DNA from: Yuukianura sp. NJ FZ-2021
Taxonomy: Eukaryota
DNA length: 64,000 bases
Assembly: GCA_046563655.1 (NCBI GenBank)
Contig: CM102286.1
Location: 13,950,001 to 14,014,000, forward strand
Reading direction: 5' to 3'
The notes beneath the pieces were generated by a model. That model searched no databases, was not told the DNA's origin, and was given only the letters and a program-made list of their open reading frames with translations. The translations under genes and the position numbers were made by a program. This document shows, piece after piece, positions 41,736 to 53,433 of this stretch. Positions within the stretch are counted from its first letter, which is position 1. Each line of letters starts with the position of its first letter.

Positions 41736-42287
41736 TTTCGAAATTTGACAAATCCAATGTTCCTGTCCAACCAAAAAAAAAAGTTTTTCCAAAATTTTGA
41801 ATTTTTTCAATGAAACTTTTTTGTTACCAAAATTAAACTCCAGTCTGCTCCGCTGTCTGGATGTTCGTGACTAATCTCTGAACTTTGACAAAAACTAAGT
41901 TGGTTCATTTTATTACTCAACTTTTGTCTACTTTTTTAGAAACCAGACAAGTCTTTTAAAATACTAATTTTTTTGTTGTTCGTATCCGGCTTGACGAAAC
42001 ACTAAAGAAATCACGGCAAATCACGTGCCACTTGAAGGGTTTCAAAATCAAATTTTCCAAAGAAGAAGCCGAATGAAAACTTTGTTCTCTTCGACATTAT
42101 CAAAAGTCACACAGAAGCTTGACAGACACAAGATGCTTGTCAATCAGTTGCTGACGTGACTTTTGACCTGGATTGTCTTCCACGTGCAGAGGTCACAAGT
42201 CTGGGCAGATAAAGTTACTGACTAAACTGCCACCAAAACTTAATTCAAAGTTGAAGTAGACTTTGGTCTAAAGAGAGCTCAAAAGTC
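41736..42287. promoter_or_regulatory. Shared bidirectional promoter region of carRP and carB (552 bp between start codons)
   Basis: Divergent ATGs at 41735 (-) and 42288 (+); CACGTG E-boxes at 42022 and 42181, TGACGT at 42152. Confidence 0.7.
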
Positions 42288-44168
42288 ATGAAAATTTTGA
42301 TTGTTGGAGCTGGAGTTGGTGGGACAGCGGTGGCTGCTCGATTGGCCAAACAAGGTCACGAGGTCAAAGTTTACGAAAAAAATGGATTTCAAGGCGGACG
42401 GTGCTCCCTTATACACCATGAGGGACATAGGTTTGATCAGGTAAAAAAATTGAATTTTTTTTTTGAAAAATTAATTCGGTATAAGATTTTTCTTAATTTT
42501 TGAAAAACGAAATCTTTAAAATACTTTCTTAACTTTTGAAAAAAAGGGACCGAGTTTACTCCTGATGTTGGAACTTTTTGAACAAACGTTTGCCGATCTC
42601 GGTCTAAACTTGCATGAAGAACTTGAACTTTTGAAATGCACGCCAAATTACAAAGTTCATTTTCATGATGGGAAGGTCATTGAACTTGGATCTGACCTGC
42701 CTGCTCTGCTGCACGAAATTCGAAAATATGAACCAGAGGAGCCAGAACAAAAAACTTTAGCATTTTTGAAAGAAACTGAGCAACATTATAGATACAGCGT
42801 TGCTCATGCGCTGGGAAACAACTTCAATTCTATTTGGGATGTGATTCGTCCGCACCTCGTTGAGGTTCCTTTTCGACTGCACATTTGGGACACGGTGTAC
42901 AACCGAGTTTCAAAATATTTCCAATCCGAGTACCTCCGAAGAGCTTTTACTTTTCAAACAATGTACCTCGGCATGTCACCTTATGATGCCCCTGCGCCGT
43001 ACAATTTGCTTCAGGTAAAAAAATTTTTGCTAAAAGTTAAAATTCATTCTGTTAAAAATTAAAATTTGTTTTGTTAAAAGTTAAAATTTTGTTAAAAGTT
43101 TTTCAATTTCTTTAGTACACGGAAATGGCCGGTGGAATTTGGTACCCAAAAGGCGGATTTACCGAAGTTGTGCGAGTTTTGGAACAAATTGCCAAAAAAT
43201 ATGGCGCCACTTTCAATTACAATTCGGAAGTGACCAAGGTCAATGTCAACCAATCAAAAGAGGTCACAGGGGTCACGGTGGGCGGAGTCACGGAAGACGC
43301 TGATCTTGTCATCTGCAATGCCGATTTGGTCTACGCTTACAACAACTTGCTTCCAGAAGTAAGAAAAATTTTAACCCAAAAAAAAGTTCTAAAAGTTTTG
43401 GCCTTTTTTGACATTTTAAAATTTTTACTTTACCGACAGACTAAATATGGAAAATCGCTTGGAGCCAATGCAAAGTTAACTTGTTCCTCAATTTCATTTT
43501 ACTGGAGCATGCGTAGTGTCGTCAAAAGCCTATCTACGCATAACATCTTTTTGGCCAAAGACTACAAACCGTCATTTGACGACATCTTCCAAGGCCACAC
43601 TCTGCCTGCCGAACCGTCATTTTACGTCAACGTGCCGTCAAGAATCGACCCCACGGCGGCTCCACCCGGGAAAGACACTATAGTAGTTCTCGTTCCTACT
43701 GGGCATCTTCTGAACCAATCAGAAACCTCGACGGACTCTGACATCGATACACTCGTTTCCCGTGCAAGAAGTCATGTTCTAAATAGACTCGAGCGGGAAC
43801 TTGGAATTTCAAAGTTCCAAGATCTGATTGAGCACGAAATTGTGAACGACCCGAGAGATTGGCAGAGAAAATTCAACTTGTGGCAAGGGAGTATCCTTGG
43901 TTTGAGTCACAACGTTAGTCAAGTCCTTGCATTTAGACCGAAAACAAGAAGCGCCGAATTCAAAAATTTGTATTTTGTTGGCGCTTCAACTCAACCGGGC
44001 ACTGGAGTTCCACTGGTTCTATGCAGTGCTAAATTTGTAGCAGAACAAGTTCAAGCCGATTTAGTCAAAAAGACAACCCAAACTGATCGGAAGTTTGATC
44101 AAATTCCGCTCAGATTGATCCTAGTTTTAATCATTTTGATCATTCTGTTCACGAGTTTTGTTGTATAA
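42288..44168 (+). CDS. carB: Phytoene desaturase, CrtI/fungal CarB (Al-1) type, about 530 aa; exons 42288-42440, 42547-43014, 43116-43358, 43440-44168
   Basis: FAD motif GAGVGG...EKN...GGRCS, HRFDQGPSL, FTFQTMYLGMSP, GIWYPKGG, NADLVYAYNNLL, PSFYVNVPSRIDPTAAP, GSILGLSH, FVGASTQPGTGVP, and a C-terminal TM tail as in fungal CarB. Confidence 0.97.
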
Positions 44169-44214
44169 AAAACTACTATGAAAGCGTGTCAAACTTTATG
44201 AAACTTTTTATTTA

Positions 44215-45105
44215 CCCTATTTCACGGCGTATAGGTCGCGGCTTATCTGATGTTTTTCTGGCCCAACAGAAAATCAAAAAAAAAATTTTTTTCTAAGTTT
44301 GTTGATTTCCTCAATCGGTCTACTCCAAAACTAAGAAAACGTCCTCAATCCTTCAAACTAATGTTCTGGAAACCTTTGTTTAACCCATTTTGACACTCTG
44401 TACCGTGATTTTTTCCCAAGATTTCAAGATCCACTCATAAACCAAATATTACCTTCCTACGATTTCGGATTTTTGTGAGCGATACAGTTTCACAGTCCTA
44501 CATCCGCTCATCCCAAAAATTTCGAATTTTAGCCTTAAACGATTTGTTCACGGAAATATGATGTGGCTGCAAAAACTTAACCTAATTCGCCGGAAATGGA
44601 AATTACTGCCCGTTGCGTAAATTTTTGAACCGCTTCTTCTACTTCGGCAGTGAGATGTGCTGTTCTGGCATCGTTAGACCAGGAGGCAGTTTTCCTTTTT
44701 GGTTTGGGAACAACTTTTTCGTTTGTCCCATACATTGTTCATCCGATCTTCAACCAATTCGCCGTTAATCCAGCCTTTTGAATTGGCTCGAATCAGAATT
44801 CCAGCGGGAAAGCTTTCTTGTTATAACCTTCGATGTGTTTTTTTCCTCCCATGCAAATACCTTCCACTGATTATTTTTAAAATCTTCAGTATTTTCAAAA
44901 AAAGGAAAAATAGATAATGAAAAATAATTTTCTCCCTATGATAGAGACTCTATCGTATAGTAATAAAATAGCAATTGCAAGGGTTAACACACATGCACTG
45001 TTCGCCGTGTGACAGATTTGAGGCAATTTCACAAATCTTATACCCAACACATTATATTGGGGTGCGACCTATACGCGAGTGCGACCTATACGCCGTGAAA
45101 TAGGG
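44215..45105 (-). mobile_element. Deleted pogo-family (Tc1/mariner superfamily) DNA transposon with a degenerate DDE transposase fragment
   Basis: Perfect 25-bp TIRs CCCTATTTCACGGCGTATAGGTCGC with TA duplications (44213-14, 45106-07). The minus-strand remnant reads FPAGILIRANSKGWINGELV...TAHLTAEV...LQP..ISVNKSFKAKIR (DDE_1-like) with stops/frameshifts. Confidence 0.9.
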
Positions 45106-46231
45106 TAATAAAAAATTTAACTGAGATTGTCAGAAAAACTTGTTCATCCAAAATACCATTGATCAGCGTTTAGCTTGGAAGCTGAAGTTCCATTTCTTCA
45201 AAATGTACAAAACAGAAAAGAAAGTATAGGTTGGTCAGCTAGGGGCGGTTTAATGGTAACTAATGCCACTGCAAAAAATAAAAATATAATCCGTGACGTC
45301 ACTGAGGAAAATACAGTGAGTTTTTAAGATTTCTAGTGCACGAAAAAGTTTTCAATGAAGGTGTTAACACGGAAACAGAGAAAACACACATTGAACATTA
45401 AAAAACTCACGGTAGAAATGCCATCGTCGAGGGGAAAAAAATTGATATGATATAGTTAGGAATAACCTAACCTTTCTAAATTGTAAATAGACCGTATTTT
45501 TTGAAAAATCGGAGTTATGACATAACCTCTTACGGTATTTGTATTAATGGTCGCTATAACAACCTTGGATTTTCCTGTGGCTAGCAGCACACAATTCACT
45601 CCAACGGAACTTCCCTTTGAATACTTTCCCTAGAGTCAAAACAGTCTTTACATTACAACAGCAAGAACACAAGTTAATCATTCAGCAACAGCCCATTAAA
45701 TATAACTGGAGTTTTGAGAAAGGCTTAATTTTTTCCTTGCCTTTTTAGCAAAATTTGCATAGAAATTTGTCTGCCCCTAGGTCATTCATTTTGTAAGCTT
45801 TTCTCCTGTGCATTGAAGTGAAAGGAAGTTCAATTTTTCTTATTGTTTTTCCCGCCCTCGATCTCATTCTAACTACACCTCAAGCAAAAACAATTTTCAT
45901 TTGAGGCTGAATTCACAAAAAACTTGTCCTCGTCTTGTTTAACTTTTCTTCTATGACTTAAAACTTAGGTTAGGTTAGCCTGGCCTAACCTGTTGACAAG
46001 TTTTGTTGTCTAAAAAACCTTTATGAAAGCGTGTTAACTTTCATGAAACTTTTTATTTTAACAAAAAATTTAACTGAGATTGTTAGAAAAACCTTGTTCA
46101 TCCTGAGGACCATTGTACAGCGTTTAGTTTGGAAGCTGAAGTTCCTTTTCTTCAAAATGTACAAAAAAGAAAAGAAAGTATAAGTTAAATTGCTACTGTT
46201 TTTTTTTTGCAGCTGAAATATTTTTTGTGTG

Positions 46232-46501
46232 TTAAAAATTTAAAAAAATACCTTTTATGAAATAGAAACTTGCCAATAAATTCATTTCATCGGCTAATGC
46301 TTTTCGGAATTTGAGGTCCAGACGTTTCTGCAACTTCTTGGCAACCTTCCTCTCAGACTTAGGTTCGTTGGCCATATCGGCTCGTCTTCTACGTAACAAA
46401 TTCAAGTCGTTTTGGTAACTTACCCTAATCGCATACGCATTATCCAGAACTTCGTCAAATCGACGGTTAGCCGCTTCCCAGTCGAGGATACTATGCATGT
46501 C
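46232..46501 (-). CDS. Small helical protein of unknown function, copy A (exon of a duplicated gene)
   Basis: MHSILDWEAANRRFDEV...SERKVAKKLQKRL; paralogous to 47891-48160 with a shared acceptor context; may be a pseudogene. Confidence 0.4.
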   Translation of the reverse strand, partial: DMHSILDWEAANRRFDEVLDNAYAIRVSYQNDLNLLRRRRADMANEPKSERKVAKKLQKRLDLKFRKALADEMNLLASFYFIKGIFLNF

Positions 46502-47540
46502 CTAAAACAAAACCAATGTAGGATTTAATGTTTTGAAAAATGAAGGAATTTAAAATTTTTACATCTTAATTGTACAATTCGACACAGCTTATGAGATCTG
46601 CACCTTTGTGTACTGAAGCATTTTAATGTCAATTTAAACAAATATTTTCTTAACTTGCTTGATTCTTTCAAATAAAATTTCAAAAATAAAAAAAATTACT
46701 TTTATTTGGAGTATTTTTTCCTTCTCGTCCACACAATACGACGTAGACATCCACTCTTAGAAAAAAACGAATGAAAAAAAGGGAGAAACCGATAGGCTTT
46801 CAGAAAATTTTCCTCCAACCTACTACCCTCAAGGCTTTCATCCATATACGTTATTTTTAAAATTTCGAATTTTTTTACAGTCCCGTTTCAAACCCGTTTC
46901 AACTTATCCGTTTCATCAAGTTAATTCAATCATTAGAAACCACTAAATTGTAATTGCTTAATTTTCATTTTTGATGCAAAATTTTTTCTTTAGTATTTAC
47001 CATACTGTGAACGCGAAAACATTGTGTCTTCAAATAGGTTAATTGATATTTCCATTGGATATCCAGTGGAAGAAGCATACCTCTACTAGACGAGGAATAA
47101 TACAATACATTAAAATTTAGCGCGAAATTCAAATAAAAAATTGGAGTCGAGAAAAATTGAAGGTCGAAGATCGAAATTCACAAAATGTTAATTAAAGTTT
47201 TGTTCATATATGTTTACATTAACGAATTATTTGAAACCGATGCTGCTTTTCTTTTGTACGGTTAATTTTTTTTATGTTTTCAAATAACTCATACCTTTTG
47301 CACAAAGCTCCATTCGAATTCATTTCGTCTAGCGCTGCCGTCGTGCGTTTCGTTTCCGTTTTTTGCTAAAAACGGAAACGACACGGAATGTTAGGCCGCA
47401 ACCCGGACACGGAAACGGTCATGAAACAGATAAACGAAAACTGAACAAAAAAAACTGTTTGAAAACGGTAAAACGGTTGCATGCATAGCGAAATTTCAGA
47501 AATTTGGTTTCATGTTCTGCCTTTCAAAAATCCACTTCTT

Positions 47541-47745
47541 TTCTCTGCAGTGCTAAATTTGTAGCAGAACAAGTTCAAGCCGATTTAGTCAAAAAAATGA
47601 CCCAAACTCTTCCGAAATTTGACCAAATTCCGTTCAGATTGGCTCTCGTTTTAATTATTTTGATCCTTCTGTTACTGGGTTTTGTTCGGAAAAAAAACTT
47701 TTATAAAAGCGTGTTAAATTTTATGAAATTTTTTATTTACCCACA
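47541..47745 (+). pseudogene. Duplicated 3' fragment of carB (last ~45 codons plus 3' UTR)
   Basis: CSAKFVAEQVQADLVKKMTQTLPKFDQIPFRLALVLIILILLLLGFV is near-identical to 44022-44210. Confidence 0.88.
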
Positions 47746-47890
47746 AACACCAAATGTTACAAAAATCTTGCACATCCTGTAGACCATTGGGCAACGTTTA
47801 GCGTCAAAGTTGAATTTGCGTTTCGAAGATTTATTGAAAATGTACAAAAAAAAGTATAAGCTGAATTGATTTTTTTTTCTGTTTCAAAAA

Positions 47891-48160
47891 TTAAACAAAA
47901 ACATCTTTTATGGAAAGTAAACTTTTGCGTAAAGCCGTTTCATTGGCTCGTGCTTTTAAGAATATCGTGGCCAGACCTCGCTGCAATTTCTTGACAGCCT
48001 CTTTCTCAGACTGCAGATTAGGATCGTTGCCCATCTCATATAGTATGTCGCATGCCGCCTCAAAGTCGTTGAAGTAACTTGCGGTAATAGCACGCACAGT
48101 AGCCATGATTTCGTCCAATCTAAGCGCAGCGGATTCCAAATCAATGTTGCTATGCATGTC
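47891..48160 (-). CDS. Small helical protein of unknown function, copy B
   Basis: MHSNIDLESAALRLDEI...SEKEAVKKLQRGL; paralog of copy A. Confidence 0.4.
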   Translation of the reverse strand, partial: DMHSNIDLESAALRLDEIMATVRAITASYFNDFEAACDILYEMGNDPNLQSEKEAVKKLQRGLATIFLKARANETALRKSLLSIKDVFV

Positions 48161-48839
48161 CTAAAACAAAACCAATGTAAAGTTCAATGTTTTTAAAAAA
48201 GAACAACTGTGTAAGATTTTGACATCTTAATACAGACAGTATAGTACAGAATAGACATACAGAATAGTACAGACCGCAGCATGGGTTGTGAACTTTTGCG
48301 TACTTGACTGTTCAAAAAAAAAAATTAACAAGCTTTTTTAAATTGTATAATTTCTTCAAAAAAAAAATCTAGAAATGGAAAATTTACTTTTAAGGAATTA
48401 GTTCTTCCTGTTCTCAGTATGACCTAAGACGTCCACTTATTTCCAAAAAACAACAAGGAAAACGAAAAAAGAGAAACAGATAGACTTCAAAATGTTTCCT
48501 CAACCTGAATACCCTCAAAGGCCTCCTCGTTTTCAGTTATTTTTAGAGTTTGGATTTCCGTTACAGTCCCCTTTTCAAAGCAATTTTCCATTTGAATTCC
48601 ATTTTCGAGTCGCTTTTACAAAAAAAAGTTAGAGTAAAGGAAAAAAAAGAAAAATTTAAAATCTGTTGCTGTTGGAATATGATGATTGATGATGGAAGAT
48701 TTTGTTTATTTATTGATTCTAAAAACGTTTATGATGGGAGCATGAGATTTTGATTTGATTTTCATTTGGAATTGAATTTTGATGAGAGTATTTTGAAACA
48801 AAAACTGTCCACCTTCAATTTTGTAGTAAAAAGTAAGAT

Positions 48840-51317
48840 ATGGGAGGAGTCAGTTCTGCAATTGACGTTGTTCAAAAAGCAACAACGTTTGGGATGGGTG
48901 TTGTTCGTGAAAGACGACTTGACTATGTCACGGGACAGGATTCTATTAGTGATAAGTCTCTTAACAATTGCCTTTGCTGTAATTTGAACACCAATTTCAC
49001 ACTGGAGTTGGCGACGCATGCGCAGAATGAAGATGTTGATAGTACTGCACCAGTTGAAGACATTGGCAGTACGTTGACTGACGATGTTGACGACATTACG
49101 ACGCTTGTGCAAAGCCGTGAAGGTTATGATGCCTCACTTGACGTATTTTCACACAAAAATGTAAGTTTAAAATACAAAGTCACTTTTTTGCTTTTCACTG
49201 CATCTTTTTCAAATCATAAAAGCTTTTTTTGGTTTGATTTTTTGAAAATTTTGAATTGGTTGTGCGCAGGTCATGACCTCGATTTTGGGAAATTTAGAAT
49301 TCGAAGACTTGCTTCATCTTCGCCGCGTCAACAAAATTTTGAACAAAGCAGTTTGCAATTGCCTGAGATGCAGACGAAGTCACGAAACTGTTTTGGATTC
49401 TGAACGACGTGTTTCCACGTTTCTCAAAATTTTGAAAAATGTTGGCTGTTGCCATCCTTTTGGTGACCTGGTCATTGACCTTTGGGAAATTTCTTTGGAA
49501 ACTGTACTTGACCTGTCGCGTGACCTCTGGTGGGTCACAGGCCTCAAACTGTTTGGAACAGCATCCACTTCTGCACAACCACCTCTACGCCAGTTCATTC
49601 TCAAAGACATTTCAACCAAAGTTGCAGTTTTACTCAACGGAACTTCGAATATCGAATCACTTTGGATCAAAACCGATTTTGAAATTTCAATCACCGGAAT
49701 TTTGGAATTACTTCTATCAAAACAATTTCCAAAACTGAGTTGTCTCATGCTAAACACGATTTACGCGGGAGATTCAAATTTCGGTGGCGGTTTTCTTGAA
49801 AGTGTGATGCGTCGTAGTCCAAATTTGACTTCACTTGGACTCATTCTACCTGAAAATGGCGACGACAAATTTTTGGAAGCTCTTATTCCTACTTTTGGAA
49901 TTCAAAAATCTGCTTCAGTGCTGAACATTTCTTTAGCCACGCCCCTTTCTTTGTCAAACGTTGAAACACTCCTACGCAAGTCCATTACTCTCACGTCTCT
50001 CCGAATTCGGATTTCAGAGTTCGGAAACGAACAGTTCCGAAACAACTTTCATTTGTGGTTGAGCAGCCAATCACAATCGCTTGTGACCTTCGCTTTAGCA
50101 CTGGAGACAGACACAACTTTTTTTGGCACATGGAACTTACCTGCTCTTACGCAACTGGAAGTTCTAAGTATTCTGATTACCGGTACACCGTCCAGTATCA
50201 TTCAGCCATTCGATTCCGACCAATTTCCAAAACTGAGTTCATTTGCTTATGTTCATTCGGGTGGAAATTTGGACTTGTTCAACTTCGGAATTTACAGAAC
50301 TGTTACATCAATTGGAATTTCCGGAAAAAATGGACCCCTTGATCCGAATATTGCCGAACATCTTCCGAATCTTCAACATGTTACACTCTGCGGTGTTTCA
50401 CGACAGCATCTGACAACAATTCTATCAAAATTTACTTCACTTTTAGAACTGGTGCTAATTTTTGAAGAAGGAGAAAACGACCTCTGGCGGGAAGTCACAG
50501 GCGAATACCCAGAATGCTGGGAAGATTTGTTCCAAGAAGTTTTTGGAAACGTGGAGGTCAACGACACTTTGGACGAAGAGGTCAATGACCTTTTGGAAAC
50601 AGAGGTCAATGACCTCGCAGCTGACCTTCATACTCCAGAGGCCAATGACCTTGACCTTTTATCTCCAGAGGTCAATGACTTTGCAGTTGACCTTTTCACT
50701 CTGGAAGTCAATGACCTTGACCTTTTCCCTCCAGAGGTTAACGACCTTATAGTTGACCTTTTGGCTCCAGAGGTCAACGACTCTTTTGACGCAGAGTGGA
50801 ATTCCATTATGGAGTGTAACGCTGAACCCATTGACGCTTGCGCTGAAGTTGAAAATGCCATTTTTCAAGAGTCACTGGAAGGGCTGGAAGAAACGACCAA
50901 AATGTTTTACGGCTTGGGAGATGCTCCGTTACCCTCATTTGGAAATATGAAATGTATTTTTTCAAAATTTCAAAAATTTTTAATTATAAGTTAGAATTTA
51001 TAAATTGATAACCTAAAAATTAAAAATTTCGAATATTTTGTGTTTTAGGTTTGGAGTATTTGAAATTTGTGGGATGGAATGCCAGTGCCCTCGGTGGATT
51101 GATTCATATGAGTTCAAATCAAAAGTTGTCTCCACTTGGACACTTTCAAATTGAACTTCCACCAAATCGTGAAGTATACATTTCAAATAAGTTCCATTTC
51201 GAAAATGAAATTTTGAAAGAATCTTAACATTTAAAATTGTATGTTCAATGGTAGCTTCCGCCTGGTTCTCTGGAATTGCTCAAGTCTTACCACAAAAAAG
51301 TTCTACTACAGCCTTGA
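48840..51317 (+). CDS. F-box plus LRR-like protein with an acidic EVND repeat; exons about 48840-49160, 49270-50953, 51049-51173, 51255-51317
   Basis: F-box-like VMTSILGNLEFEDLLHLRRVNKILN; LxxLxL repeats (FPKLSCLML, PNLTSLGL, LPALTQLEVLSI, LPNLQHVTL); N-terminal MG. Confidence 0.75.
50551..50790 (+). repeat. Coding repeat of 8 E(V/A)ND units built on the palindrome AGGTCAATGACCT
   Basis: Perfect AGGTCAATGACCT at 50579 and 50603; one-mismatch copies at 50639, 50669, 50705. Confidence 0.85.
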
Positions 51318-51728
51318 GTTCAAAACAACAAAAAGTCATAAATTCGTCTACCACACGCCAATCAAAGAAAACTTTCAAAAAATTTGTTTTTTGAACTTGT
51401 AAAATGAATTTGAAAATTATTGACCAAGGTTATGCTTGGCAGTAGCGTGCAACGCAACTAATTAAAACTTTGCGTTTTTACCTAACTAGCGTGTTTAGGC
51501 CAACCTTGGCCGAAAATCTCCTTGGTTGTGTTATCCGAAACAATCTTTTTCAAAATTAGTCCCAATTTCAAAAATAAACAAAATTTTGACAAAAAGAAAC
51601 AAAATTCAATGCCATTGGGACTCCATTATATTGCAACAAAATAAAATAAAGTGGCAGTTCAAAGCATTCCGTTAGTGCTGCAAAAAAACGTAACTTTTTG
51701 CATACTTTTGACCTGTAGCATTTCAAAA

Positions 51729-53316
51729 ATGAAAAACTGTCACTTTCTTTCAAAGTCAATTTTAAAAGTATTGACACTGGTCGTCGTGGCGACGTCGCTA
51801 GTAGGAGGAGCGATGGCAAGTGACGATAAGGTGTAGTAGGGGACCATTTGCGTCAAATCCTAAGTCTTACATGCGGTCAAGCTGGGTCAAGGTCAAGGGT
51901 CAAGGGTTACCGGAGTACTACTAACATTATGTTAGTTATAACTTGTTGAAATGCGATGAAAGGCGATGTAGAAATTGCTTAGGTTAACTAGCTAGAATTG
52001 CCTGCCATTGCATTAGGACGGACGCACGAAATTTGAAAATTTCTTTATGTATGAGAAGCGCTAGTTCATTTGTTTGGTTGGGTTAAGGATTTGACGCAAG
52101 TGGTTGTGTTTCTAGGAATTTGTGAGGAAGGAACCTTACGGTAAGTTTTCCATTATATTTAGATTTATATAATATTAATAAATTAATAAAATGTAATATG
52201 TTATTCGGAAAATATCTAGGAAGTCAAGACTGTTGTGCGGTAATGCTGGAAGGGAACAAGGGTAATGGGGTCTACAAAGTGTATCCGTACATCAACAATA
52301 CATTGAATGGAGTTAAAGTAATTACTATATATAATATAAATAATAATCTAAAATCTAATATAATTAATAAAGTAATTAATAGTGATGAATTAGTGGCGAA
52401 ATACAATGAATTACGAATTAGATTCAATTACAACCATGTTCTCGCAGGTCTACTGCGACCTTCAAACTCTGGGTGGTGGGTGGACAGTAATTTTAAGGCG
52501 CGAAGAAGTATCGGGCCCAATTACGCGCTTTAACCGCGGATGGGCAGACTACGTCTCTGGGTTTGGATTTTTGAGCTACTCTCATTGGCTGGGTATACAA
52601 TTTACCGTAAAGTTTCAAGTAAAAGCCATTGTTTTAAAAAATTTTGATGTTGTTTGAACAGGTTTGGAAACAATATCAGCTCTAACTAGCGGTCAAGACC
52701 AAGAACTTCGAGCGGAAATGACAAATTGGGACGGAGAAGCTCTCACTTCTGCATATAAAACATTTTATGTTGGTGGAAATCGTACCGACTATCACGTGGT
52801 TCCTGGAGTTCCTTACAAGGACCATACCGGTAAGATTTAAGGAAAAAAATGCAAAATTTTAGTTTTCAATTTTTGAATTTCATGGATATTTCAGGTGATA
52901 TTTTCCCGACATCCAAATCCGTTTCAATGAGTTCTTTTTCTTCGTCTTCTTCTTCCATCATTGGCTTTTCAACGTTCGATCATGAATTTAAAAATGGCGC
53001 TCATGGTTTTCGATCTGGTTGTGCCACTCAACGGAATGCTGCATGGTGGTACAATGACAAGTGCATGAGCGTGGTAAAATTTTAAAATATCTTATTATAT
53101 TGTACTTATTTAAGTGTAATTGAAAATATTTTACTTGATATGTACTTGAAGCCAAACCTTAATGGTTTGTACATAGCAGAGGGTGGTAATGCTTCAGAGG
53201 CGATCGTTTGGGAAGTTGGATCCAAAAAACATCCGCTCAAATTTGTTGAAATTAAAATCCGAAATCGAAATTTCCCAAAAGGATGTGCAAAACCAAAGCC
53301 CAAAAAAACTGAATAA
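51729..53316 (+). CDS. Secreted fibrinogen-related (FReD/FREP) protein, multi-exon
   Basis: Signal peptide; VYCDLQTLGGGWTVILRR, FNRGWADYVSGFG, HWLGLE, FSTFD, AAWWY..C..PNLNGLY, EIKIR. Confidence 0.88.
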
Positions 53317-53433
53317 ATTAAATATAGCGAATACTGACTACTCGAAGGATTGCTCAAGTGAAATTTATTTTTTAGTTCGGAAAGAATTTAAATTGAATCG
53401 GTTTACACAAACTACGATCGGAAAATAGACCAG

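Noticed and set aside
43359..43439. 27-aa insertion in CarB in the ORF track (VRKILTQKKV...)
   Set aside because: An 81-nt in-frame GTAAGA...ACAG intron with intronic composition.
39152..44168. Fungal contamination as the explanation for carRP/carB
   Set aside because: The introns match the host's short AT-rich style, the flanks are metazoan genes, and the carB tail is entangled with local duplications and a transposon. Read-level confirmation is still needed.
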